Below are positions 56,493 through 64,000 of a stretch of 64,000 bases of DNA, piece by piece. Every line of letters starts with the position of its first letter. The stretch's first letter is position 1. The notes under the pieces were generated by a model that saw only the letters and a list, made by a program, of their open reading frames with translations, searched no databases and was not told where the DNA came from. A program made the position numbers and the translations under genes. Origin of the DNA: an uncultured Pseudomonadota bacterium (GTDB lineage: Bacteria > Pseudomonadota > Alphaproteobacteria > Rs-D84); contig CACZUD010000002.1 in assembly GCA_902784345.1 (NCBI GenBank), forward strand, positions 4,912 through 68,911, read 5' to 3'.

Positions 56493-56522
56493 ACAAATAA
56501 AAACCCGCCCTTGTGGGCGGTT
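56493..56522 (-). terminator. Terminator following the orphan tRNA-Lys 3' fragment
   Basis: ACCCGCCC-ttgt-GGGCGGT(T), with a T-run on the minus strand. Confidence 0.6.
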
Positions 56523-56547
56523 TTATTTTGGTGGACGCACAGGGACT
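56521..56547 (-). repeat. Orphan copy of the tRNA-Lys 3' end plus 8 nt of its downstream flank
   Basis: ttttattttggtggacgcacagggact (27 nt) is identical to 56698..56724. The last 19 nt correspond to CCA, discriminator, acceptor 3' strand and half the T-stem of tRNA-Lys. Confidence 0.75.
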
Positions 56548-56669
56548 GGCTCGGCATAAATGCCTGCGCCGCTTTCGTTAGCGCTCGAACCGCGCTTTGC
56601 TTGTTCTCGCTTACTCATTGTCGAACCTGCAACTGTTGTTGCAAAGGGATTCTCGTCCCGTTGTGCGAC

Positions 56670-56697
56670 AAAATAAAAACGACCGCTTTTGCGGTCT
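56670..56697 (-). terminator. Terminator immediately 3' of tRNA-Lys
   Basis: GACCGC-tttt-GCGGTC, with a T-run on the minus strand. Confidence 0.6.
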
Positions 56698-56705
56698 TTT
56701 TATTT

Positions 56706-56781
56706 TGGTGGACGCACAGGGACTCGAACCCTGGACCCACTGATTAAGAGTCAGTTGCTCTACCAACTGAGCTATGCATCC
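56706..56781 (-). tRNA. tRNA-Lys (anticodon CUU), CCA encoded
   Basis: Reverse complement: GGATGCA-TA-GCTCAGTTGGTAGAGC-A-ACTGA-CTCTTAA-TCAGT-GGGTC-CAGGG-TTCGAGT-CCCTG-TGCGTCC-ACCA. Confidence 0.92.
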
Positions 56782-56791
56782 AGTGCTGTGA

Positions 56792-56820
56792 ATTTTATAT
56801 GCTTTTTTTACTAAATGCAA
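56792..56820 (-). promoter_or_regulatory. Candidate promoter for tRNA-Lys
   Basis: Minus strand reads TTGCAT, a 17-nt spacer, then TAAAAT, ending about 10 nt before the tRNA 5' end. Confidence 0.5.
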
Positions 56821-56942
56821 GTTTTTATCACAAAAATCGCGCAATACGCATTGTTTCCTGCCTTTTAGGCAATCAAACCTGACGATATATTTTACCAGTT
56901 ATTATAAAATCTATATGCAACCATAAACAAAAGGAGAAATTT

Positions 56943-57473
56943 ATGAAAAACAAATCTTTATTTTTAATAGCTTCACTGTGTGGCATCACCCTTTTAACAG
57001 CAGGATGTACCAGCACCTGCCCTTCTGATGGCTATAAACATCATGAACAAAAAATGCATGGCAAGCACCACAAAGACCATCCTGTATTTCATCAAAACTA
57101 TGACAATGGTGGTATAGAAAAAGTACATGCAAAAATGTATACACGCTCTAATGCTGGTGGCGAATCAGAAATGGGCTTTGTGAAATTTGCAGAAACCGAT
57201 AACGGCTTAAAAATGATGGTTGATTTAATGTATCTGCGCCCAGGCAAAGTATACACCGCACAAGTTTATCAATGTGGTGCATGCAATGACAGCATATGCT
57301 GTGACACCGAAGCCATGAGCATCGATTTACCACAAATCAAAAGCACAAATGGTGACAGATTGCAACAGTCCTATATCATACGCGGATTAACAGCAACCCA
57401 ATTAAATAATGCAAAAATTATATTGACCCGCGATGGTGGATATAAAGCCGCATGGGGAACATTGAATCAATAA
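56943..57473 (+). CDS. Cu/Zn-SOD-fold (SodC-like) lipoprotein lacking the metal-ligand histidines
   Basis: Lipobox LTAGC and a His-rich N-terminal stretch (HHEQKMHGKHHKDH). MGFVKFAETDNGLKMMVDLMYLRPGKVYTAQVYQCGAC aligns with SodC G.V.F...GL...L..LPPG.HGFHIHE.G.C, but the His residues are replaced. The C-terminus reads GGYKAAWGTL where SodC has R.ACGVI. Confidence 0.55.
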   Translation: MKNKSLFLIASLCGITLLTAGCTSTCPSDGYKHHEQKMHGKHHKDHPVFHQNYDNGGIEKVHAKMYTRSNAGGESEMGFVKFAETDNGLKMMVDLMYLRPGKVYTAQVYQCGACNDSICCDTEAMSIDLPQIKSTNGDRLQQSYIIRGLTATQLNNAKIILTRDGGYKAAWGTLNQ

Positions 57474-57486
57474 TTTTGTTTTCCAC

Positions 57487-57521
57487 AAAAAACAACGGCA
57501 CCATTTCCGGTGCCGTTTTTT
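57487..57521. terminator. Bidirectional terminator
   Basis: AACGGCACC-atttcc-GGTGCCGTT flanked by an A-run and a T-run. Confidence 0.65.
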
Positions 57522-59070
57522 AATTCTTTAAATATTTCGTTGGATTGTATGCTTTTGTACCCTTGCGGATTTCAAAGTGCAATTGCGGTTTATCAACTTT
57601 ACCAGTCTTGCCGACACGACCAATTGGCGTACCAACATTTACACGTGCACCACGCTTTACAGACATAGAATCAAGATGTGCATAAACCGTCATCCATCCA
57701 TCGCTGTGTTGAATAATAATTAAATTACCCATACCTTTGACTTCATTACCTGCATATGCAACAACACCATTTTCAGCGGCCTTGACTGCTGTCCCCTGTG
57801 CAGCAGAAATATTTATACCATCATTAAATAATCCATTATTCTTTGCGCCATATGCAGACAAAATCTTGCCACGAACAGGCCATGAAAATTTAGAACTTGA
57901 ACGCGCCGCCACCTTTGGTAATCGCTTTTTAGGGTTCGAAGATATTTTTTGTTTTGCTTGTTGTGTTGCCGATTTATCTGCCACCACAGTTTGCGTAATT
58001 TTTTTCGTATTCCTGGCATTTGTTGCTTTTGTTGCATTTTGAGCTTTTGCAACCGTAGTTTTTGCTGGTACAACAGTTTTTGTTTCTTTTTGCATTGTCG
58101 CCTGACGAACGACCTTTTTAGCAGGAGTAATTTTTGCAGGAGCACTTGAAGATTTTACAGAAACAGTTTTTATTTCTGACACAGAAGCTGTCTTAACATT
58201 ATCCAACTTTGGCACTTTAATTTTTTGCCCTATTGCCAAATCAAACGGGCTTGATATTTTATTCATAACCGCTAAATCATTAACTGGGATTTCGTATTTA
58301 CGAGACAAGGAATACAAAGTATCGCCTTTTTGCACTGTTATTTCTTGCAAATCAACACGTTTTGTAGTGGTTTGTCTAGCAGGTTCTTGAACGACTATTT
58401 TTCCTGCTTTTGCTTCTTTAATTTCTTTTACTTTTTCTTCCGTAATAACATTCGGAACTTCTTTTTTTGTTTCAACCGGTGTTACGCTGCGTTTTGTAGT
58501 TAATTTTTGCCCAATTGATAAAGTGTACGGCTCTTTTAAATTATTTATTTTTGCAAATTCATCTATGCTCATATTATTTTTGCGCGCCAACGAATAAACA
58601 GTATCGCCTTTTACCACAACGATTATGCCGTCTTGCTCTTTCTTTGGTTCCAGCTTTTTTTCTTCGTCCAACACGGTATTTCCACCATAAAGAGGCACAA
58701 CCAAATAGTCAGATTCAGCCTCTTCTTCAATCTCAGGTTCGGATTCTGTTTGGCTTATAACTTTTGTTTCAACAACATCTTCTGGTTCTTCTGGAACTAA
58801 TACATAATCATCAACACTGGCGTACAAAACATAATCTTCCATACTTGACGAACCATATAATTCAGGAGATGCATAAACCCCATAATCCGTTATCGCAGAA
58901 TCATAAATTTCAGGCTGAGTATTTGGATCAGCCAACAAAGCAGGATACCGATCTTCAATAAACATGCCGATATCATCTGGGATAGAAGCAATTTTTGGTT
59001 GCAAATCACATGCGCACAAAATCAGCGCACACAAAGCAGACACTTTAAAGAAAGCTCTAAATATATTCAC
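57520..59070 (-). CDS. LysM-domain M23 peptidase lipoprotein (NlpD-like)
   Basis: Two LysM repeats (VVKGDTVYSLARKNNMSIDEFAKINNL and VQKGDTLYSLSRKYEIPVNDLAVMNKI) and a C-terminal M23 domain (GINISAAQGTAVKAAENGVV...HLDS...PQLHFEIR). A GTG start at 59070 gives signal peptide VNIFRAFFKVSALCALILCAC. Confidence 0.8.
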   Translation of the reverse strand: MNIFRAFFKVSALCALILCACDLQPKIASIPDDIGMFIEDRYPALLADPNTQPEIYDSAITDYGVYASPELYGSSSMEDYVLYASVDDYVLVPEEPEDVVETKVISQTESEPEIEEEAESDYLVVPLYGGNTVLDEEKKLEPKKEQDGIIVVVKGDTVYSLARKNNMSIDEFAKINNLKEPYTLSIGQKLTTKRSVTPVETKKEVPNVITEEKVKEIKEAKAGKIVVQEPARQTTTKRVDLQEITVQKGDTLYSLSRKYEIPVNDLAVMNKISSPFDLAIGQKIKVPKLDNVKTASVSEIKTVSVKSSSAPAKITPAKKVVRQATMQKETKTVVPAKTTVAKAQNATKATNARNTKKITQTVVADKSATQQAKQKISSNPKKRLPKVAARSSSKFSWPVRGKILSAYGAKNNGLFNDGINISAAQGTAVKAAENGVVAYAGNEVKGMGNLIIIQHSDGWMTVYAHLDSMSVKRGARVNVGTPIGRVGKTGKVDKPQLHFEIRKGTKAYNPTKYLKN

Positions 59071-59110
59071 GCTTTGAATTATATCATAAAATCCATGTAA
59101 AATAAAACAC

Positions 59111-59821
59111 TTATACGCAATTATCGCGCATGAACAACAAACTGATTTCAAATAATAATATCATCGGCACCGCCAATAAAACCTGGGATAAAATATCTGG
59201 TGGTGTTAACATAGCAGCCAGCACAAAAACGCCAATAATCACATATCTGCGACTTTTAATCGCGGTTTGTTTAGACAAAAGCCCTATTCTGTTTAAGCCA
59301 ACCAAAACCAAAGGTAACTGAAACGCCAATCCAAAAACTTTTAACAAGCCAATTGAAAATGCCAAATATCCTTTTATAGATGGCAACAACACTGTCGGCA
59401 CGGTTGCAGATTCATTTATACGAATAAAAAATTCAAATACAAACGGAAACAAAATATAGAAAGCAAACGCCGCCCCCATTATGAACAACAAAGGCGAAAT
59501 TAAAAATATGGGTATCAAAAATTGCTTTTCATTTTTATGCAATCCTGGGGCTATATATGCCCAAATATTCCACAACAAAACAGGTACAGTTATAATCAAT
59601 GCAACCAATGTGGCCAATGAAAACTGTATCATCAAACCGTCTGTTATTTCTGTATAGAGCAATGCCGCATCTTCCCAAACAGACATTAACGGCGCACTTA
59701 AAAACGCTTCAACATAATCAGACACAATCCAACCGAACGCAAAAGCAACAACAAACACCAACGCAGTCCATAATATCCTGCGACGTAATTCTGAAAAATG
59801 TTGCATCAAAGTCATTCTCAT
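59111..59821 (-). CDS. tatC: Twin-arginine translocase subunit TatC
   Basis: HFSELRRRILW and a six-TM TatC pattern. Confidence 0.9.
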   Translation of the reverse strand: MRMTLMQHFSELRRRILWTALVFVVAFAFGWIVSDYVEAFLSAPLMSVWEDAALLYTEITDGLMIQFSLATLVALIITVPVLLWNIWAYIAPGLHKNEKQFLIPIFLISPLLFIMGAAFAFYILFPFVFEFFIRINESATVPTVLLPSIKGYLAFSIGLLKVFGLAFQLPLVLVGLNRIGLLSKQTAIKSRRYVIIGVFVLAAMLTPPDILSQVLLAVPMILLFEISLLFMRDNCV

Positions 59822-60093
59822 TTTTTACGTGTACGTTTCTTTTTAGCTGTTTTTTTAATTGGTTCACCAAACATATCATTTGTCGCATTTTCCAACAAAT
59901 CGTCTATTGGTTTTTCCAAATCTATTCTTTCTTGTAAATTTTCTGAAAATTCGCTTACTTTCCAAACAATGTTGCGAATATATTTAAACACGCGCGCAAA
60001 AAAACGCATAACATCAGGCCAATATTTTGCCGGCACAACACAAATTGCAACTAATAATATTACTAAAAATTCAGTCCAACTGATACCGAACAT
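59818..60093 (-). CDS. tatB: Twin-arginine translocase TatA/B-family protein (TatB-like)
   Basis: MFGISWTEFLVILLVAICVV TM helix plus an amphipathic helix and a charged tail. Its stop overlaps the tatC ATG. Confidence 0.65.
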   Translation of the reverse strand: MFGISWTEFLVILLVAICVVPAKYWPDVMRFFARVFKYIRNIVWKVSEFSENLQERIDLEKPIDDLLENATNDMFGEPIKKTAKKKRTRKK

Positions 60094-60101
60094 ATTATGC
60101 C

Positions 60102-60716
60102 TTAATCATAGAAATCATCGCCATCATTTGTTGATGCTGTTTTATGACGTGATAATTGAAAGTAATTTTTTCCAAAATCTGTTTTAGTTTTTAAATCATT
60201 AAACGCGACATCTGTTTTTGCAGAAGTAGCATCAACCACAGACCAAGATTTTAATTTAACTGGTTTCTTGTCAAACACAACATCCATGTGTCCCAAACCT
60301 TCTTGACCTTTAAGATTCATCTTTAAAGTAAAAGTATTTTTATCAGAATCTGTTTCATAAACATTTATATCTGCATTTTGCAAATCTATTTTTTTACGCA
60401 CTAAAATTCCTGCCGGTGTACTGGTCAAAGGCACCGTTGTTATCTGGTCCAAAGACTTATCATAAAAATACAAATCTTTGCCATCTGAAATCAATTGAAT
60501 CGGTGCATTTTTATAATCTAGTCTTACACGTCCTGGTCGCAACATTGAAAAAATCCCTGTTTGTGTTTTTCCATTTGCCGTTTGTGTAAAGCCACCCTGC
60601 AGTCCAGTTATCGAATTTAAATACTTTTCTGCATTTACTATCAAATCTTTATCAACCGCAGCATTTGCGTTAAAACAAAGAACCAAACCAAACAACAAAG
60701 ATATTATCTTTTTCAT
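60102..60716 (-). CDS. lolA: Outer-membrane lipoprotein carrier LolA
   Basis: Signal peptide, then LQGGFTQT and RPGRVRLDY blocks. Start trimmed to MKKIISLL. Confidence 0.8.
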   Translation of the reverse strand: MKKIISLLFGLVLCFNANAAVDKDLIVNAEKYLNSITGLQGGFTQTANGKTQTGIFSMLRPGRVRLDYKNAPIQLISDGKDLYFYDKSLDQITTVPLTSTPAGILVRKKIDLQNADINVYETDSDKNTFTLKMNLKGQEGLGHMDVVFDKKPVKLKSWSVVDATSAKTDVAFNDLKTKTDFGKNYFQLSRHKTASTNDGDDFYD

Positions 60717-60718
60717 TC

Positions 60719-61672
60719 CTACATCCCCTTGAAAGCATTTATAATCTTGCCTCGAACATTTTCCAAACTGTCTTCCACGACAGCCCCTGCTGCACACAAA
60801 TGACCGCCACCCCCGAAAGATTCAGCGATTTGGTTTATAGGTGTCTGACGCGAACGAATTGAAATTCCAATACGGTTTTCTTTTTGTTCTTTCAATAAAA
60901 CGATGTATTGAACCCCATGTATCTTTCCCAACAAAGACAAAACAGTTTCACCACGTCCATCTAATTTTTTATAATCATCATGATTTATTGTGGCAAGTGC
61001 CAAACGCCCCTTCATAAGAAATTCTGCCTGAGATACAGCCTTCGCTTCTACTAAAATTGTTTTTTTATCTTTATTATTTAAAAGGTTTGTTAAATGAATA
61101 ATATCTGCCCCGGCCGCCACTAATTTAGCAGAATCTTTGAAAACGTCACTTGATCTTACAAATTTGAAACGCCCTGTATCTGTGATTATCGCCAACATCA
61201 AAAGGTCTATAATATCTTGATCTGTTTTAAAATTAACAGCTTTGACCATATCATAAATTACCTGAGCCGTTGCTGCTTTTTCTTCATCGTCAAAGCACAA
61301 ATTTCCAACCAAATCATTATTAAAATGGTGGTCAAATTCAATTACAAAATCAGACTCGTTTACATATTTTTCTATTATTTCGCCCAAATTTTTTCTTGTT
61401 CCATAATCGACCAAAATATATAAATCATATTTTGCGTTTTCTGGTATATTTTTATGGAAAATAGCCTCGTTTCGCAAAGGCACATTATCCAAATCACGTG
61501 GCACATTACCATCATATATAACAGTCGCCTTTTTTCCAAAATTCAATTCAATAATTTTCATCAATGCCAACGCAGAACAAAGTGCATCTCCGTCTAAATT
61601 TTTATGTCCAGATATAGCAATTGATTTTGCATTTTGTACTTTTTCTATAAAGGTTCTTATTTTTTCCATCAT
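60719..61672 (-). CDS. DHH/DHHA1 phosphoesterase (NrnA-like oligoribonuclease/pAp phosphatase)
   Basis: GHKNLDGDALCS, EFDHH and GGGGHLCAAG motifs. Confidence 0.8.
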   Translation of the reverse strand: MMEKIRTFIEKVQNAKSIAISGHKNLDGDALCSALALMKIIELNFGKKATVIYDGNVPRDLDNVPLRNEAIFHKNIPENAKYDLYILVDYGTRKNLGEIIEKYVNESDFVIEFDHHFNNDLVGNLCFDDEEKAATAQVIYDMVKAVNFKTDQDIIDLLMLAIITDTGRFKFVRSSDVFKDSAKLVAAGADIIHLTNLLNNKDKKTILVEAKAVSQAEFLMKGRLALATINHDDYKKLDGRGETVLSLLGKIHGVQYIVLLKEQKENRIGISIRSRQTPINQIAESFGGGGHLCAAGAVVEDSLENVRGKIINAFKGM

Positions 61673-63423
61673 AATGTAATATCTTCCAATGTGAACTGGG
61701 CACTTACGCGACCATTATATTCGTTTTCTTTTAATTTGCCTAACATCATCATTGTAGTATTTGTATTCGCATCGTCCAGTAAAAAATCACCAACAGGCGT
61801 TCCAACAAGATTAAAACCAACAAAAGACAATTGATTACCATTACTGCAACGCACCATTCCACGCAAATGCGCGCCATTACCAATGACTGTTGCAAATTTT
61901 AATACGGCACCCTTTAACACCAAAGTTGGTTCTGGATTGCACTGGCCAAACGGCGCAAGATCAGATAATTTTTCAATTAATTTCATATCGGCACTGCCAG
62001 CATCGATTTGCGCATCAACCAATATTTCTGGTTTTGGTTTTGTGCCCCCCAGTTGTTCACTAACAGACCTTTCTAAGAATTCACAAAACTCTTGTTCTTT
62101 GCCTACATCCAATGTAAAACCTGCCGCGGCAGCATGTCCGCCACCTTCTGACAAAATTCCCAAAGACAAAGCTTCATGAATAATTTTTCCCAAATCTATT
62201 TCAGGTATAGAACGTCCAGATCCATTTATAATACCGTCGCCACGTGTCGCAACACATGTCGGCAAATTATATTTATCTTTTAAACGCCCAGCGATAATCC
62301 CCATAACACCGCCGTGCCAATTATCGCCACAGACAAACAAACTACATTTTCCATCACTACAACACTTATCAGCAATGTTGGCGGCATCTATCATAATCGT
62401 ATTTTGTATATCGATTCTTTCTTGATTCATACGATGCAATTTATTTGCTAAATCATTTGCAATCAATGGGTTATCTGTTAATAACAACTCTAATGCTGGT
62501 GATGCAGAATCAAGACGCCCCGCAGCATTAAGACGTGGTCCCAGTGCAAAACCAACCGCATACACCGAAGGTGTTTTGATACCGGCTAAGTCCATCAACG
62601 TGCGCAGCCCCAGATTTTGTCTAAGCCCCATAACTTTCAAACCTGTTGAAACAAAAGCACGATTCAAACCAATCAATGGCATTGTATCGCATATTGTTCC
62701 AAGGGCCACAAAATCCATATAATTCAACAAATTAATCTGGGGTCTCTTTTCATTAAAAAAGTTTCTGTTCTTTAACTCACGATTTAGCGACACCAAAGTC
62801 AAAAATGCGACACCGACACCCGCTAAAAATGAAAGTCCAGAAGTATCGTCTGCGCGTTTAGGATTGATGACAGCGTCTGCGTTTGGCAATTCAGAATCTG
62901 GCGAATGATGGTCAGTTACAACCACTTTTAAACCTAATTCTTTTGCTTTTTCTACCTCTACATTACCGCTGATTCCGCAATCAACAGTTATCATCAGCCC
63001 GACACCACTTTGTGCGATTTGTTCAACAGCGGCAATGTTTAAACCATAGCCTTCGCCTTCTCTTGTTGGCAAATGCCAGGACACATCTACACCAATACCG
63101 CGCAAATATTTTACAAAAATCGCAGTAGAAGTTATTCCATCAACATCGTAATCACCATATATCGCGATTTTTTCACCACTGCAAATCGAATCTGCGATGA
63201 CATTTGTCGCTTTGTCCATATCTTTCAACACAGACGGATCTGGCATATACTGTTTAATAGAAGGATGTAAAAATCTATCCACCGCATCATCGCCAATGAT
63301 ACCACGAGATGCCAAAATATTTTTGACTAAATTTTTTGTATCGTTTAAATCTGACCCCAGATTATAATCATCCGACACAGCCCACGCTTTACCCAGCATG
63401 GACTTTTCCACTATCTTTCGCAC
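61669..63423 (-). CDS. recJ: Single-stranded-DNA-specific exonuclease RecJ
   Basis: GDYDVDGITS, VTDHH and GGHAAAAG motifs; 584 aa. Confidence 0.92.
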   Translation of the reverse strand: MRKIVEKSMLGKAWAVSDDYNLGSDLNDTKNLVKNILASRGIIGDDAVDRFLHPSIKQYMPDPSVLKDMDKATNVIADSICSGEKIAIYGDYDVDGITSTAIFVKYLRGIGVDVSWHLPTREGEGYGLNIAAVEQIAQSGVGLMITVDCGISGNVEVEKAKELGLKVVVTDHHSPDSELPNADAVINPKRADDTSGLSFLAGVGVAFLTLVSLNRELKNRNFFNEKRPQINLLNYMDFVALGTICDTMPLIGLNRAFVSTGLKVMGLRQNLGLRTLMDLAGIKTPSVYAVGFALGPRLNAAGRLDSASPALELLLTDNPLIANDLANKLHRMNQERIDIQNTIMIDAANIADKCCSDGKCSLFVCGDNWHGGVMGIIAGRLKDKYNLPTCVATRGDGIINGSGRSIPEIDLGKIIHEALSLGILSEGGGHAAAAGFTLDVGKEQEFCEFLERSVSEQLGGTKPKPEILVDAQIDAGSADMKLIEKLSDLAPFGQCNPEPTLVLKGAVLKFATVIGNGAHLRGMVRCSNGNQLSFVGFNLVGTPVGDFLLDDANTNTTMMMLGKLKENEYNGRVSAQFTLEDITL

Positions 63424-63469
63424 TCTATCACTCTTTTTTTCTTATTGTCAGAATTATTATAATATAAAA

Positions 63470-64000
63470 TTATTCAAATAACAAGGGCATGATTCTATCT
63501 AGTATTGCACCTGCTGTTGGCACCGCATTCCAAGCCGCAGTCTTCCAACCGCCAGACTCTTTTGTACCTTGCGGTTCATCTAACATAATCAAAATTATGT
63601 ACTGTGGCGCGGCAACAGGGAATATTCCTGTAAACACTGTCATATTTCTGTTTTTATCCACACGTCTGTCGAATCCACGTTTTTCGGCAGTTCCTGTTTT
63701 ACCGCCAATTTCTATACCTTTTACTCTGGCTTTTTTTGCAGTGGTTTCTTCTGCAATATGGAACATTATATCACGCAACTTGGCAGATATATCAGAACTT
63801 AAAACACGCTCCCCCCGTACGGCACCAATATTTCTTTTTAAAATTGTCGGATAAATGTATATTCCACCATTAGTCATCGCATTTACCCCCAACAGTAAAT
63901 GCATTGGTGTAACCGCAATTCCATGACCAAATGATGCGGTTGCACGTTCTGTCGGCCCCCATGTTTTATAAGTTATAGCACGTTCAGTTTTACCAAATTC
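63470..64000 (-). CDS. Penicillin-binding protein transpeptidase domain (FtsI/MrdA family), C-terminal part; gene continues beyond the window end
   Basis: KTGTAEK motif. The frame stays open upstream of the listed Met (..ASFGHGIAVTPMHLLLG..) to position 64000. Confidence 0.8.
   Translation of the reverse strand, partial: EFGKTERAITYKTWGPTERATASFGHGIAVTPMHLLLGVNAMTNGGIYIYPTILKRNIGAVRGERVLSSDISAKLRDIMFHIAEETTAKKARVKGIEIGGKTGTAEKRGFDRRVDKNRNMTVFTGIFPVAAPQYIILIMLDEPQGTKESGGWKTAAWNAVPTAGAILDRIMPLLFE

Noticed and set aside
56423-56500. Fur box in the promoter of the Slam/lipoprotein operon (catatataataaaattatc).
   Set aside because: Only about 11/19 matches to GATAATGATAATCATTATC in an extremely AT-rich stretch, which is not distinguishable from background. 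The iron regulators of the likely lineage may also differ (Irr/RirA).
56548-56697. Possible acceptor piece of an alphaproteobacterial two-piece tmRNA, or a 31-codon ORF (MSKREQAKRGSSANESGAGIYAEPVPVRPPK) on the minus strand ending at the orphan CCA.
   Set aside because: No coding piece or 5' GGGG acceptor strand follows downstream; a terminator and the lipoprotein promoter lie there instead. The acceptor is Lys-type, not Ala-type. The ORF has no RBS and runs through tRNA-derived sequence.
7033-56781. The integrase-like gene at 7 kb and the tRNA-Lys att-like repeat at 56.5 kb as the two ends of a large genomic island.
   Set aside because: The interval contains core essential genes (lepA, ftsEX, tolB, dnaN, parE, dnaA, gatCAB, sufBC). 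The integrase-like protein lacks catalytic residues, and no matching repeat lies near 7-8 kb.
59818-60716. Missing tatA upstream of tatB-tatC (lolA sits there instead) as an anomaly.
   Set aside because: TatA may be encoded elsewhere, or the 91-aa protein may serve a combined TatA/B role as in minimal TatAC systems. This is ordinary variation and cannot be assessed from this window.

Overview
By eye this is an AT-rich, gene-dense chromosomal segment of a Gram-negative bacterium. S12, ParE, TatB and DnaA sequences look alphaproteobacterial (inference only). I call about 75 CDS, four tRNAs (Pro-GGG, Pro-CGG, Phe-GAA, Lys-CUU, all with encoded CCA) and many GC-rich hairpin terminators. I saw no rRNA, CRISPR array, transposase or reverse transcriptase. 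Most genes are housekeeping (rpsG/rpsL, fabF-acpP, lepA, rbfA, ftsEX, plsC, tolB, fba, efp, dnaN, uvrC, pgsA, parE, dnaJ, dnaA, dprA, plsY, rpsT, sufBC, ruvX, gatCAB, miaB, tcdA, tatD, tatBC, lolA, recJ), and classical operon neighbours are scattered. I found no single obvious large novel system. The accessory items worth a second look are: (1) a Slam/DUF560 (type XI secretion) gene paired with a TbpB-like surface lipoprotein of unknown ligand; (2) an orphan TcpQ/PilL-like plus PilN-type secretin pair, with a lone pilin-like gene and dprA elsewhere in the window; (3) three scars where the 3' end of a gene (an OMP gene, tRNA-Pro, tRNA-Lys) is duplicated 150-270 bp away, two of them holding diverged copies of a hairpin-rich element with a conserved 8-codon mini-ORF; (4) a tyrosine-integrase-like protein lacking the catalytic residues, sitting between lepA and acpP; (5) an RHH plus DinD/Bro-like pair next to an orphan VirB2/TrbC-like pilin gene; (6) unknown genes wedged into gatC-gatA, gatB-miaB and upstream of a minimal sufBC; (7) a SodC-fold lipoprotein without metal ligands. 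All homology calls are motif recognition by eye and no searches were run.
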